From the NCBI GenBank assembly GCA_934168245.1, contig CAKPMY010000001.1:68761-132760 (forward strand): a DNA stretch of 64,000 nucleotides, in the 5' to 3' direction. Within the stretch, counting starts at the first letter, position 1. Every line of letters begins with the position of its first letter. Shown here in pieces: positions 50,498-61,034 of this stretch. The translations under genes and the position numbers were made by a program. Below the pieces are notes generated by a model, which saw nothing but the letters and a program-made list of their open reading frames with translations, made no database searches and was not told the origin of the DNA. The DNA comes from an uncultured Bacilli bacterium. GTDB lineage: Bacteria > Bacillota_I > Bacilli_A > RF39 > UBA660.

Positions 50498-52501
50498 TTA
50501 TTGCTCTCCGGCTTTACTAGTCAAATGTTTTTTGAAAAAAACTTTTGCACCTTTATGTTCGTTAATACTTTGCTGTGAAACATTTCTATATATTTCAGTT
50601 AACTCTCCAATTTTTTCTTTCATCATTAAATTTCTAGGTATTGTATCTAATTCATGGTAAAAAGCAGGCAAATGATTTCTATCTAAATTCGATAAAATAG
50701 TTCCAAAAACTTGAGCTTCTATTTTCCGCTTTGATTCTACAGAAGTATCGTCATCATACACAACAAAACAAGCCGGTACCTCTTTTTCTTTATCATCTGG
50801 AACACCTATAACAGCACAGTCTTTAATACCCGGAACTTTTTTAATTACACCCTCAATTTTGGGAGTCCATACTTTATGGCCCTCTCTAACAATTAAGCCA
50901 GATTTTCTTCCGGCAAAAAACACATGACCGGAAGGATCCAAATATCCTAAATCCCCAGTGTGATACCATACAGTACCATCATTATGTGTAATTATAGCCT
51001 CACTAGTACTTTGTTCATCTTTATAATACTCCTTAAAAACATTAGGATTGGTAGCAAGATAGCAAATTTCCCCAATTTCATAGTACATCAATCCTAAATC
51101 ATAATCTTCTTTACCAATATCACGCATAGAATTTTCTTCATCATATTCAAATATTGCCATATCATTGCCAGGAAACACCACACCAACAGAACCAACAGAA
51201 TAAGTATCTTTATTTTTTAACACACCATTAGGATTCAAAGCAGGACCACAAGTCTCTGAAGTACCTAAAGCATTTTCCACAATAGCACTTGAACCACATT
51301 TTTTCATAACTGAATTAGTCTTTTGTTCCAAACCAATTTCAAGAGAATCACCACCAGAAATCAAATGACGTTTGCCACTGAAATCAACACTTTTACCCTT
51401 TTTTTCACATTGTTCAACATATTCGCAAATTCTTTGCAATAAAAGCGGACCAAGTAAAATAACAGAACTTTCATCCTTTAAAAATTCTTCAACGCATTTC
51501 TTCGGATTAAACATAGGGCTCAAGGAAGTGGTAACTCCCCATACAATTGCTAATACTATATCATACCAAAAATAAGAACTTGAAGGTGGCATTGGATTAA
51601 ACATTGAATCATTATCATCAATATCAAACTCTGAATACAATTGCTTATAAGCAGAACTTAAAAAATTTTCATTAGTTGTAACAACACCCTTTGATTTGCC
51701 AGTCGACCCACTAGTTGGAAATATTGCAGCATTTTCATTTGCTTCATATGGTTCAGCAATTTCATTTATAGTGAATTTCATATCAACATACGGAGATATA
51801 GCTTCTTCAAAACTTATCCACTTACCACTCTTATCATTTCTAATTTTAAGCAATGATACTTTATCCAACAAATTAACTATAGATTTTTTGGCAAAAGGAA
51901 CAAAAGGCAAGGAGCCAGACATAGGTAAATAGACAATATGTTCTAATTGATCATAATCAATATTTTTCATTTGATTGTATGACAAACCTAAAGCAATTAA
52001 ATGCCTAGAATTTGATTCTCTTAAACACTCAGTTATTGCATTATTATCACTCATAGGATCAATAGGTCTGATTGTTGCCCCTATCAAATTAGCAGCAAAA
52101 AAAGCATAGATCGCCTCAGGAACGGATGGCGAACACATTACAATAATATCACCTTTTTTAACATTAAATCGTTCTTTTAAAGAATAAGCAAAAGATAAAC
52201 TCTTATCAACCAGTTCTCCGAAAGTAACTTTCTTTTCACAACGATATGCAATATTATTGCGAATACTATTTGCCTTTTCTAAGGCTACAACACTAATTCT
52301 TTGATGCGGAAAATCGGCTTCTAAAACTTGCTTATCAAAAAACTGACGATATGGTCTATCTTGTTTTCCATATCCTGTAAGTTCAGTTCCTAATTTATTT
52401 TCGGTATCTTCAACAATTTTTTCAACATCAGCATAGGACAAATTTTTACTAGAATTTTCCTGTGCATTTTTGAAAATCAACTCTAGTATATCAACATCCA
52501 T
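50498..52501 (-). CDS. AMP-dependent synthetase/ligase (acyl-CoA synthetase-like)
   Basis: AMP-binding motif AAIFPTSGSTGKSKGVVTTNENF and C-terminal YHTGDLGY / GRKSGLI motifs. Confidence 0.75.
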   Translation of the reverse strand: MDVDILELIFKNAQENSSKNLSYADVEKIVEDTENKLGTELTGYGKQDRPYRQFFDKQVLEADFPHQRISVVALEKANSIRNNIAYRCEKKVTFGELVDKSLSFAYSLKERFNVKKGDIIVMCSPSVPEAIYAFFAANLIGATIRPIDPMSDNNAITECLRESNSRHLIALGLSYNQMKNIDYDQLEHIVYLPMSGSLPFVPFAKKSIVNLLDKVSLLKIRNDKSGKWISFEEAISPYVDMKFTINEIAEPYEANENAAIFPTSGSTGKSKGVVTTNENFLSSAYKQLYSEFDIDDNDSMFNPMPPSSSYFWYDIVLAIVWGVTTSLSPMFNPKKCVEEFLKDESSVILLGPLLLQRICEYVEQCEKKGKSVDFSGKRHLISGGDSLEIGLEQKTNSVMKKCGSSAIVENALGTSETCGPALNPNGVLKNKDTYSVGSVGVVFPGNDMAIFEYDEENSMRDIGKEDYDLGLMYYEIGEICYLATNPNVFKEYYKDEQSTSEAIITHNDGTVWYHTGDLGYLDPSGHVFFAGRKSGLIVREGHKVWTPKIEGVIKKVPGIKDCAVIGVPDDKEKEVPACFVVYDDDTSVESKRKIEAQVFGTILSNLDRNHLPAFYHELDTIPRNLMMKEKIGELTEIYRNVSQQSINEHKGAKVFFKKHLTSKAGEQ

Positions 52502-52622
52502 GTACTTTCACCCCTTCAATTGCCGCTTATTATACCACAAAAAGTAAAAAATATCAAGTAAAAGGAAGAATACACTCTCCTCTTCCTAAATTGTATAATA
52601 TCTAAATTTTTAAATCAAGTAC

Positions 52623-53267
52623 CTAAAATCCAATTCTAAGTACCTCAAACTTGGTATTATAATTAACTCCATCTATATTAGCCAAGTATTCAGAAGGATA
52701 AAGTAAATCGAATAAAGCCGTTCTATTAAATCCTATGGCTCCACCTCTATCTAAAACAATACCTAAAAAAGACTCATTCTCAAAACTTACTCTAACTATT
52801 GTTCCAAATGGATAAGACTTATCCCCTGCTAGTATTCTAACATTACCATAATAATTATCATAATAATAAATAGTTCCATCTCCAACATATTTCCCATATG
52901 CTACATAACCAGAACATCCATAACAATCAGGTCCATATCTAGACAATTTACCATATTGTACCTCAACGACATCATTAAGAACAGGCTCAGTAATAGCCTC
53001 ACTCCAAACAGTATCAGCATCTATATCTATATCATTATCATTAACAATAACATTATCACTACTCATTTCCTCATTACTATTACTATCAACACCTACTTCT
53101 TCTTCCACAACTTCAGACTTATCTATTATCTCTTTAGAAGCATATACATACTTAGTATCTACCATACTAGTTTCTTCTCTTAAAACAACTGCTCCTACTG
53201 TTAATATACACATAGCATAAAATAATATATATTTATAATTTTTCATAAAAAAACTCCCTGTAGGCAT
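52623..53267 (-). CDS. 3D-domain (MltA/YocH-like) cell-wall-associated protein, 214 aa
   Basis: N-terminal TM/signal. C-terminal ILAGDKSYPFGTIVRV...VLDRGGAIGFNRTALFDLLY resembles the 3D domain three-Asp core. Confidence 0.5.
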   Translation of the reverse strand: MPTGSFFMKNYKYILFYAMCILTVGAVVLREETSMVDTKYVYASKEIIDKSEVVEEEVGVDSNSNEEMSSDNVIVNDNDIDIDADTVWSEAITEPVLNDVVEVQYGKLSRYGPDCYGCSGYVAYGKYVGDGTIYYYDNYYGNVRILAGDKSYPFGTIVRVSFENESFLGIVLDRGGAIGFNRTALFDLLYPSEYLANIDGVNYNTKFEVLRIGF

Positions 53268-53317
53268 TACAATACCATATTTACAGGAAGTTTACAACAC
53301 TTTACATAATTTGGCAA

Positions 53318-54214
53318 TTACTCTGCTGTTCTTTCACACGTATATCCAGATGCATACATATTCTTTTCTATTTCATCAATACTTTGTTCATTTTTAAACT
53401 CTGGATAAACACCTCCAGCCTCTACATAAGCCGAAGTAACAAGTTCGATATCTAAAGTCGTATAATCTAAAACTTGTTTTTCTATAACAGTACCACCAGA
53501 TTGCTCACAAGTAACTCTAATTCCTCCAAGAGTAGCGGCTTGTTCTTGAAGAATACCACACTTAGTCATTATTTCAGCCAAAGGATCTGCATCCGCTCTA
53601 GCATCCCCAGTAGTTGTAGTAATATGTGTAAGTTTATTTAGTTTACTATCTTCAAATCTAAATTGTCCAGTATACTCTATATTAAAAATACTAGTAGTCT
53701 TATTCAACTTACAAGTCAATAATCCAGATGTAATAGCCGGAGTATTTGCTTGATCTCTCTCAGCCTTCTTCAATGATATGAAAGAACTTATATCAGGTAA
53801 AAAATATATCAATCCAAACATAAATATAAAGAATATTATCATCAACGTATATTTAGCCTTACTAACAGGAACTGCTACATATTGTTCTTGTTGTGCCCTC
53901 TCTTGTCTTCTCTTCTCCACTAACTCCTCAGACATCTTCTTAGACATAATAACAGTCGTACTCTTTTCTTCTTTCTTTCCAAAAAGATTAACTTTATCAC
54001 CGACATTATTTGGATTAGGCATACCATTACTACTAGTATCACTAGCATTAGTATTAGTACTAACATTATTACTATTAACACTATTATTTATATTATTAGA
54101 TTCTCCTCCAAAATTATTTATAACTTCATTAGAATTAGAACCAACTACATTAGGAGTAACATTAGAAGTATTATCTTGTTCTACATTATTATTAGGATTT
54201 ACATTATTATCCAT
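53318..54214 (-). CDS. Hypothetical membrane-anchored protein (N-rich cytoplasmic N-terminus, one TM, extracytoplasmic C-domain), 298 aa
   Basis: ORF with a poly-N/S low-complexity N-terminus, a single hydrophobic helix (YTLMIIFFIFMFGLIYFL) and no assigned motif. Confidence 0.4.
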   Translation of the reverse strand: MDNNVNPNNNVEQDNTSNVTPNVVGSNSNEVINNFGGESNNINNSVNSNNVSTNTNASDTSSNGMPNPNNVGDKVNLFGKKEEKSTTVIMSKKMSEELVEKRRQERAQQEQYVAVPVSKAKYTLMIIFFIFMFGLIYFLPDISSFISLKKAERDQANTPAITSGLLTCKLNKTTSIFNIEYTGQFRFEDSKLNKLTHITTTTGDARADADPLAEIMTKCGILQEQAATLGGIRVTCEQSGGTVIEKQVLDYTTLDIELVTSAYVEAGGVYPEFKNEQSIDEIEKNMYASGYTCERTAE

Positions 54215-54256
54215 ACTTGTCTCCCTCCTATTCTTCTATCATTATAACATACAATT

Positions 54257-54883
54257 CTATCTTAAACTAGTAACTTTTTCTTGAAAATCATCACTACCTA
54301 CTATATAACTACCAGAAGTAACTATATCAACACCATTACATAACTCCCTAGTCCTATCATTAACTCCTCCATCTATATTAATAACAGCCTTTGAATTATA
54401 GGCATCAAGCAATGCTCTAACTTTTTCAATTCTCTTACTTGATTCAGGTATAAACTCCTGTCCCCCTTTACCAGGTTCAACACTCATAATTAAAACTAAA
54501 TCTATATATGGTAAATAAGGAACTAATTCACTTACTTTAGTATTAGGCTTTATTGCTAAACCTGCTTTAATAGAATAACTATGTATTAACTTTAAACTCT
54601 CTTCTATATCTTGATCTACTTCGACATGAAAAGTTATATATTCTGTATTAAGTTCTGCATATAAAGGAATATATTTACTTGGATTTTCTACCATTAAATG
54701 AACATCTAACCTCTTAGAAGTATACTTATATATATTCTTCATCTCACTAAAAGGCATCGTCTTATTCTTAACAAATCTCCCATCCATTATATCTACATGT
54801 ATATAATCTACATCTGTTTCATTTAATTTAACTAAATCTTTAACTAAATTTTTACAACTTAAAAACGAAGCACTAACTTTCAT
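54257..54883 (-). CDS. rpe: Ribulose-phosphate 3-epimerase
   Basis: IHVDIMDGRFVKN and LIMSVEPGKGGQEF motifs of Rpe, ~208 aa, downstream of rsgA as in the Bacillus ylo cluster. Confidence 0.8.
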   Translation of the reverse strand: MKVSASFLSCKNLVKDLVKLNETDVDYIHVDIMDGRFVKNKTMPFSEMKNIYKYTSKRLDVHLMVENPSKYIPLYAELNTEYITFHVEVDQDIEESLKLIHSYSIKAGLAIKPNTKVSELVPYLPYIDLVLIMSVEPGKGGQEFIPESSKRIEKVRALLDAYNSKAVINIDGGVNDRTRELCNGVDIVTSGSYIVGSDDFQEKVTSLR

Positions 54884-55714
54884 CTACTTATCCTCCCCTA
54901 TAAAATTCAAATAATTATTATATCTACTCTCTAATATATTTCCATTCGAAACATTCATCTTTACAACACATTCTTTTTCTTTTGTATGCATACAATCTTT
55001 AAATGGACAAGGAAACTCTCTAAATTCTCTAAAAGCATCTCTAATTTCTTCTTTACTATACTTATTAAAATCTAATGCTGAAAAACCTGGAGTATCCATA
55101 ACTTTCCCATTATATATTTCAAATAATTCTACAACTCTCGTCGTATGTCTACCTCTACCTAAAGCAATAGATACCTCTCCTGTTTCCAAATTCCACTCTG
55201 GATTAATCTTATTTAATAATGTACTTTTACCAGCCCCAGTCTGCCCCGTAAATACACTAGTCTTATCTTTAATTAATGCCTTTATCTTAAAAACATCCCT
55301 ATTAGATACAACTTTATAGCCAATCTCTTCATAATATTTTAATATCTCATCTACTTCTTTTAACTTATCACTATCTACTAAATCTTCTTTAGTTATACAA
55401 ATAATTGCTTCTACATTATGTAACTCCATAAGTACTAACAACTTATCTAACAAATTCAAAGAAAAATCTGGATTTACTAAACTTGTAATTATAAAGGCTT
55501 GATCAATATTACTTACTTTTGGTCTTTCAAATTCATTTTTTCTCGGTAATATCTTCTCTATTAATTTTTTATCACTACTGAAAAGAACATAATCACCTAC
55601 TACTGGTGTAATATGTTCTTTTCTAAATATTCCTCTACATTTACAAGGATAAACTTTATCTTCACAACTAACATAATGTAAATCACTAACTATTTTTATT
55701 ATTTGTCCTTGCAT
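54884..55714 (-). CDS. rsgA: Ribosome small-subunit-dependent GTPase A (RsgA/YjeQ/CpgA)
   Basis: Circularly permuted GTPase: GQTGAGKSTLLN Walker A and C-terminal zinc-finger Cys cluster CPFKDCMHTKEKECVV. Confidence 0.85.
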   Translation of the reverse strand: MQGQIIKIVSDLHYVSCEDKVYPCKCRGIFRKEHITPVVGDYVLFSSDKKLIEKILPRKNEFERPKVSNIDQAFIITSLVNPDFSLNLLDKLLVLMELHNVEAIICITKEDLVDSDKLKEVDEILKYYEEIGYKVVSNRDVFKIKALIKDKTSVFTGQTGAGKSTLLNKINPEWNLETGEVSIALGRGRHTTRVVELFEIYNGKVMDTPGFSALDFNKYSKEEIRDAFREFREFPCPFKDCMHTKEKECVVKMNVSNGNILESRYNNYLNFIGEDK

Positions 55715-55726
55715 ATATCCCCCATA

Positions 55727-57535
55727 TTAATTTGTCTTATTATCTTTATTATCACTATTATTCTTATTATCCGTATTATCTTTATTATCTTTGTCCTTAT
55801 CTGTATCAGGAGTTGGTTCTTTAGCAAACGTAACTTTTATTTTAGTCTTTTTATATATTGGTGTACCTGCCGCTCTAGATTGACTAATTACTTTACCTGG
55901 AGCATAAGCCGTAGTCTCTTGATAGTCAGGAGTCAACTCTAAATCATACTTTGTACAGAATGCCTCTACATCATCTATTGTCCAACCTTCAGCATTCATA
56001 TCTGGGAACTTATCAATAATATCTGGAATATATAGTATTATTGAATCTCCTTTTTTAACTTCTGAACCTGCCGCTAAAGACTGTCCTATAATTTCTTGTT
56101 CATCATACTCTTTATCATTATCTGTAGGCTCTTTTTTCTCTACTGTAACTTTTAATCCATACTTAGTCTCCAGTATTGTCTGTATTTCTATATAATTCTT
56201 ACCAGTATAATCTTCTATCTCATATACTTCTTCTCCTAATGACTTATATATTGTCACCACAGTACCTGGTTTAACACTTCTTCCTTCTTCTGGATCTGTT
56301 CTTGTAACTCTATTTTTATCTATTGTTGAAGAAGCCTCTGTCTTAATCTTAGTATCTACTTCTAAGCCTAATGCTTGTAATTTCTTCTCACAAACACTAA
56401 TCTTTTCTCCTTCACAAGTAGGCACTGTAACTGGCTTTTCATTAGAAAGTGCTGGAAACACAAAGAACACAACAACTAATGCTAGTAAAAGTAACCCAAA
56501 TATTACTGACAAGATAATGATAACTATATTACTTTTCTTTTCTACAAACTCATCACTATCTTCTACTTTTGTCGCCACTTTTTCAGTATCTTCTTCTACT
56601 TCTTTATCATTATCTTCATCTTTTTTACTAACTTCTTGTTTCTTTATTTTCTTTGTATTTTCATTCTCATGTTCTGGATACTTATATTGATAAACTGGCT
56701 CATCCATACGATCATCATCAAGTGCTGTAAGTAAATCTTCATGCATACTTCTTGCATCATCATATCTATTTTTTGGATTTTTAGCCGTTGCTTTACGTAT
56801 TATATTTTCAATACTTTGTGGTATTGCTGGATTCTCATCTCTTAAACTTGGTAATGGATCCCTCATATGTTTAAGTGCTATCTCTACGGCATTATCTCCT
56901 CTAAATGGTAAACTACCACTTAACAATTCATAAAAGATAATACCCATTGAGTATATGTCACTTTTAATTGTACAACCTTTTCCAGATGCCTGTTCAGGTG
57001 GTAAATAATGAACACTACCCATAACTGAATTTGTTTGTGTAAGCTGTGTTGAATTAAGTGCCATGGCTATACCAAAATCTGTAATCTTAATTTGTCCATC
57101 ATCTTTAATCATAATATTTTGAGGCTTTAAATCTCTATGAATAATATATGAGTCGTGTGCATGAGCCATACCATCAGTAAGTTGTAACATAATATCAATG
57201 GCCTCAGACAAAGTAAGTGTTCCTCTCTTCTTCAGCAACTGTTTCAAAGTCTTACCTTCAATATATTCCATTACTATATAATAAAGTCCATTATCTTCTC
57301 CTACATCATACATCTCTACTATATTAGGATGTGCTAAAGAAGATGCAGATAATGCTTCTCTTTGAAATCTTCTAACAAACTTCTCATCATTAGATAAATC
57401 TCCTCTTAAAACTTTAATTGCCACATTTCTATCTAGTATCGTATCATAGCCCAAATAAACATTGGCCATTCCACCTTCACCAATTGATCTTATTATTTCA
57501 TAACGATCGTTTATTTTCTGACCCTTTGTAATCAC
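55727..57535 (-). CDS. prkC: Ser/Thr protein kinase with extracellular PASTA-like repeats (PrkC-type)
   Basis: Hanks kinase motifs (GEGGMANVY, AIKVL, HRDLKPQNIMI, DFGIA, SVHYLPPEQ), a TM helix and C-terminal PASTA-like segments. Directly downstream of the PP2C gene. Confidence 0.85.
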   Translation of the reverse strand: MITKGQKINDRYEIIRSIGEGGMANVYLGYDTILDRNVAIKVLRGDLSNDEKFVRRFQREALSASSLAHPNIVEMYDVGEDNGLYYIVMEYIEGKTLKQLLKKRGTLTLSEAIDIMLQLTDGMAHAHDSYIIHRDLKPQNIMIKDDGQIKITDFGIAMALNSTQLTQTNSVMGSVHYLPPEQASGKGCTIKSDIYSMGIIFYELLSGSLPFRGDNAVEIALKHMRDPLPSLRDENPAIPQSIENIIRKATAKNPKNRYDDARSMHEDLLTALDDDRMDEPVYQYKYPEHENENTKKIKKQEVSKKDEDNDKEVEEDTEKVATKVEDSDEFVEKKSNIVIIILSVIFGLLLLALVVVFFVFPALSNEKPVTVPTCEGEKISVCEKKLQALGLEVDTKIKTEASSTIDKNRVTRTDPEEGRSVKPGTVVTIYKSLGEEVYEIEDYTGKNYIEIQTILETKYGLKVTVEKKEPTDNDKEYDEQEIIGQSLAAGSEVKKGDSIILYIPDIIDKFPDMNAEGWTIDDVEAFCTKYDLELTPDYQETTAYAPGKVISQSRAAGTPIYKKTKIKVTFAKEPTPDTDKDKDNKDNTDNKNNSDNKDNKTN

Positions 57536-58284
57536 TATTTGTCACCTTCTTTTTCTAAAGTCAAATAAGCAACCGAAATATTATCTGTTCCCCCACGATT
57601 ATTCGCTTTTCTAATCAATCTCTCTACCTTTTCCTCTACACTACCTTCCCCAAGTAGTACTTTCTCTATTTGTTCTCTATCTAACATATTAGTAAGTCCA
57701 TCACTACATAATAGAACTTCTCTAATATTCATATCCATATCACATTCAAATATATCAACGTCTACATTAAGTGCAGCACCTAATGCTTTCATCAATACAT
57801 TTTTCTTTGGATGAATACTAGCCTCTTCTTTAGTAAGTTCCCCTGCACTAACTAATAGATTAACTAATGTATGATCATATGTAACTTTTCTTAATTCATC
57901 ATCTTTAAGTACAAATCCAGAAGAATCTCCTACATTACCAAACAATAAATAGTCTTTTGTATATACTGCAAGTACTAATGTCGTACCCATTCCTTTACTC
58001 TCTGGATGTGTCTTTTCATGTTGAAATATCAAAGTATTTATTTCATCTACTGCATCTCTTATCCAGTTTATTGCACTGACCTTTGTTAAATGAAAAAATG
58101 TCTCTTTAAAATGTTTACCTAAATAACCTATCGCTATAGAACTAGCAACTTCTCCTGCAGAGTGTCCTCCCATTCCATCTGCAATAGCCATTAAGTATTC
58201 ATTATCACTATTTTTAACTATAATTACACTATCTTCATTATGATCTCTAACTTTACCTGCATCAGTTAAATAAAATGATCTCAT
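57535..58284 (-). CDS. stp: PP2C-family Ser/Thr phosphatase (Stp/PrpC)
   Basis: DAGKVRDHNED, IADGMGGHSAGEVAS and LLCSDGLTN motifs. Overlaps the prkC start. Confidence 0.85.
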   Translation of the reverse strand: MRSFYLTDAGKVRDHNEDSVIIVKNSDNEYLMAIADGMGGHSAGEVASSIAIGYLGKHFKETFFHLTKVSAINWIRDAVDEINTLIFQHEKTHPESKGMGTTLVLAVYTKDYLLFGNVGDSSGFVLKDDELRKVTYDHTLVNLLVSAGELTKEEASIHPKKNVLMKALGAALNVDVDIFECDMDMNIREVLLCSDGLTNMLDREQIEKVLLGEGSVEEKVERLIRKANNRGGTDNISVAYLTLEKEGDK

Positions 58285-59303
58285 ACTTCCTCCTTCTTAC
58301 TTCTAAGTTGTCCACAAGCAGCACTAATATTACCACCAAATTCTTTTCGTATTGTTACACTTATATTATTTTTTTTAAGTATATCATAGAACTTCATAAT
58401 TTGAACAGTACTACTTCTCTTAAAGTTTAAATTATTAGTCTCATTATAAGGAATCAAATTAATGTAACAGTTCATTCCTTTAACTAAATTACTTAATTCT
58501 ACTGCACACTCTACACTATCATTAATTCCCTCTAATAATACATATTCAAATGTAATCCTTCTATTAGTTTTATTATAATACTTTTTTAACGCCGGTATCA
58601 ATACATCTAAAGGATATGCTTTATTAATTGGCATTATCTTATCTCTTATCTCATTATTAGGAGCATGTAAACTAATTGCTAAATTAAACTGTAAATCTAA
58701 TTTACTAAACTCTTCTATTTTTGGTACTATTCCACAAGTAGATACTGTTATATGTCTAGCCCCTATCGCTATTCCTTTAGGATGATTAATTATCTTTAAG
58801 AATTTTACCAAGTTATCATAATTATCAAATGGTTCTCCAATTCCCATCACTACAACATGACTAATTCTCTCTCCTAACTCTTCTTCTATCATAAGTATTT
58901 GTAATACCATTTCATACGCTCCTAGATTACGTACTTTTTTTCTTCTTCCAGACTCACAAAACTTACATCCCATATTACAACCAACTTCTGATGAAACACA
59001 TACACTATTACCATAATCATGTCTCATTAAAACAGCCTCTATATGTTCTCCATCAAAAAGTTCAAACAAGCACTTACAAACATCCTTATCTTTTTCAACA
59101 CTAACTATCTTTAATCTATCTATACTATAATCACTAGAAACTCTTTCTAATAATTCTTTTTTAATATTTGTAACTTCTTCATAACTTTTAATTCTCTTCT
59201 CATACAACCAAGAAAATAACTGATCAGCATGAAACTTCTTAGAACCTATCTCTATAAAGTAATTTTCTAATTCTTCAAGTGTTAATCCATATATATTATT
59301 CAT
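58281..59303 (-). CDS. rlmN: 23S rRNA/tRNA adenine-C2 methyltransferase RlmN (radical SAM)
   Basis: CVSSEVGCNMGCKFCESG radical-SAM motif, C-terminal ISAACGQL, ~340 aa. Confidence 0.85.
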   Translation of the reverse strand: MNNIYGLTLEELENYFIEIGSKKFHADQLFSWLYEKRIKSYEEVTNIKKELLERVSSDYSIDRLKIVSVEKDKDVCKCLFELFDGEHIEAVLMRHDYGNSVCVSSEVGCNMGCKFCESGRRKKVRNLGAYEMVLQILMIEEELGERISHVVVMGIGEPFDNYDNLVKFLKIINHPKGIAIGARHITVSTCGIVPKIEEFSKLDLQFNLAISLHAPNNEIRDKIMPINKAYPLDVLIPALKKYYNKTNRRITFEYVLLEGINDSVECAVELSNLVKGMNCYINLIPYNETNNLNFKRSSTVQIMKFYDILKKNNISVTIRKEFGGNISAACGQLRSKKEEV

Positions 59304-59357
59304 TCTAAATCACCCATCAATCTACAACCTATTATATCACAACATATAAAAAAATTG

Positions 59358-60086
59358 CTAATCTATTGGATTAACAATCTCACTAACTTTACCAAAGTCA
59401 CTATAATCTATCGTAATAGTAAAAGTATTATTACATATCTTCTTATATTTACCATAACTATCTAATACTATTCCTATCTTATAAATATCTCCATTACTAT
59501 TAGTAGTAAACATAATCTCATTAGGAATCTCTTCTATATCTATATTAATACCCTCTAATTTAGATACTATATTAGCACTAAGTATTTTATATGAATATGT
59601 AACTTTCCCAGTCTCATACTCTGTTTTTGATATAAATGTAGCCTCACTAAATACACTATCTATTTTTTTTATATCTAAAAAATCTTTAAATAGATATGGA
59701 TCTTCACTCATTAACCAATTCCCACTAGCATTAGTATAATAAGTATCCTTATTTTTATAATATCCTACACCATTCACTGTAAATAACTCACTATTATTAC
59801 TTTTATCCCCTACATAATTATAACTAATTCCATCTATATTAATATTATAATTAAATTTATAATTCCCCTGTTCTATTAAACTTATTCCTAAATTATTACT
59901 ACTACTATTATTTTTATTATTATCTACATAATTATTATTTCTAGGTCCCATTCTTGCTAATATTGCTATTCCAAGAAAAAATATAAAGTAAAAACCAAAG
60001 AAAAGTATTGCTCTTCCTTTAGATGTCTTTCTCATTTCTTTAATTTTATTAATTATTTCACTTATATTTTTACCTATATTCTTCAT
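59358..60086 (-). CDS. Hypothetical membrane-anchored N/Y-rich protein, 242 aa (occupies the position where rsmB is expected)
   Basis: Single N-terminal TM and a low-complexity N-rich linker, with no methyltransferase motifs. Confidence 0.4.
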   Translation of the reverse strand: MKNIGKNISEIINKIKEMRKTSKGRAILFFGFYFIFFLGIAILARMGPRNNNYVDNNKNNSSSNNLGISLIEQGNYKFNYNINIDGISYNYVGDKSNNSELFTVNGVGYYKNKDTYYTNASGNWLMSEDPYLFKDFLDIKKIDSVFSEATFISKTEYETGKVTYSYKILSANIVSKLEGINIDIEEIPNEIMFTTNSNGDIYKIGIVLDSYGKYKKICNNTFTITIDYSDFGKVSEIVNPID

Positions 60087-61034
60087 CTATTTTAACACCT
60101 TACCAATTAAATTCTTATCATGTAACCCATTTATATAACTACTAGCACTCATTCTCTTCTTCCCAAATGGTTTTATATCTGTAAGTATTATTTCTCCATC
60201 TAAAGTCATAACACCTATACCTTCTTTATAAAGTCCTGTTACTTCTCCTATCTCTTTATTAGTAAATTTTCTCTCACTAATCTCTGCTCTATATATTTTA
60301 AATTCATCTCCATCTACTAATAAATTAGCCCCTGGTACTGGCGATAATCCTCTTATCTGATTAAATACTTCCCTTCTAGTTTTACCTAAATCTATATGTT
60401 CTTCTTCTCTTTTTATATTATAAGCATACGTAACTTCTTCTTCATTTTGTTTAATTCTTTTATTTGTCCCCTCTATAATACTAGGCATAGTCTCAAGTAA
60501 TAATTCTTTTCCCATAATACTAAGTCTATCATGTAAACTCTCTAAATTATCACTATCTAATATTTCGGTTTCCTTAGTAGAAATAATATCTCCATTATCC
60601 ATCTTTTTATCCATATACATAATAGTAATACCTGTCTTACTATATCCATCTATAATCGCTTTATGTATTGGTGCCCCTCCCCTTAATTTAGGAAGTAATG
60701 ATGCATGTACATTTATACATCCAAGTCTAGGATAATCTAATATTGCACTAGGTATAATTTGTCCATAAGCACAAGTTACTATAATGTCTGGATTAAGTTT
60801 TAATATATCTTCATACTCTTCTTTTATCTTTTCTGGTTGTAATACTAAAATATTATGTTTAAGAGCAACTTCTTTTATCGGTGTATTAACTAACTCTTGT
60901 TTTCTTCCTACTCTTTTATCAGGCTGACTAACAACTCCTACTACTTCATAATTTTCAATTAAACCTTCAAGTATTGGAACTGCAAAGTCAGGTGTCCCCA
61001 TAAATACAACTCTAGTTTTATTCATTATTATCAT
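60087..61034 (-). CDS. fmt: Methionyl-tRNA formyltransferase
   Basis: RVVFMGTPDFAVPIL, SQPDKRVGRKQEL and HASLLPKLRGGAPI motifs. Confidence 0.85.
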   Translation of the reverse strand: MIIMNKTRVVFMGTPDFAVPILEGLIENYEVVGVVSQPDKRVGRKQELVNTPIKEVALKHNILVLQPEKIKEEYEDILKLNPDIIVTCAYGQIIPSAILDYPRLGCINVHASLLPKLRGGAPIHKAIIDGYSKTGITIMYMDKKMDNGDIISTKETEILDSDNLESLHDRLSIMGKELLLETMPSIIEGTNKRIKQNEEEVTYAYNIKREEEHIDLGKTRREVFNQIRGLSPVPGANLLVDGDEFKIYRAEISERKFTNKEIGEVTGLYKEGIGVMTLDGEIILTDIKPFGKKRMSASSYINGLHDKNLIGKVLK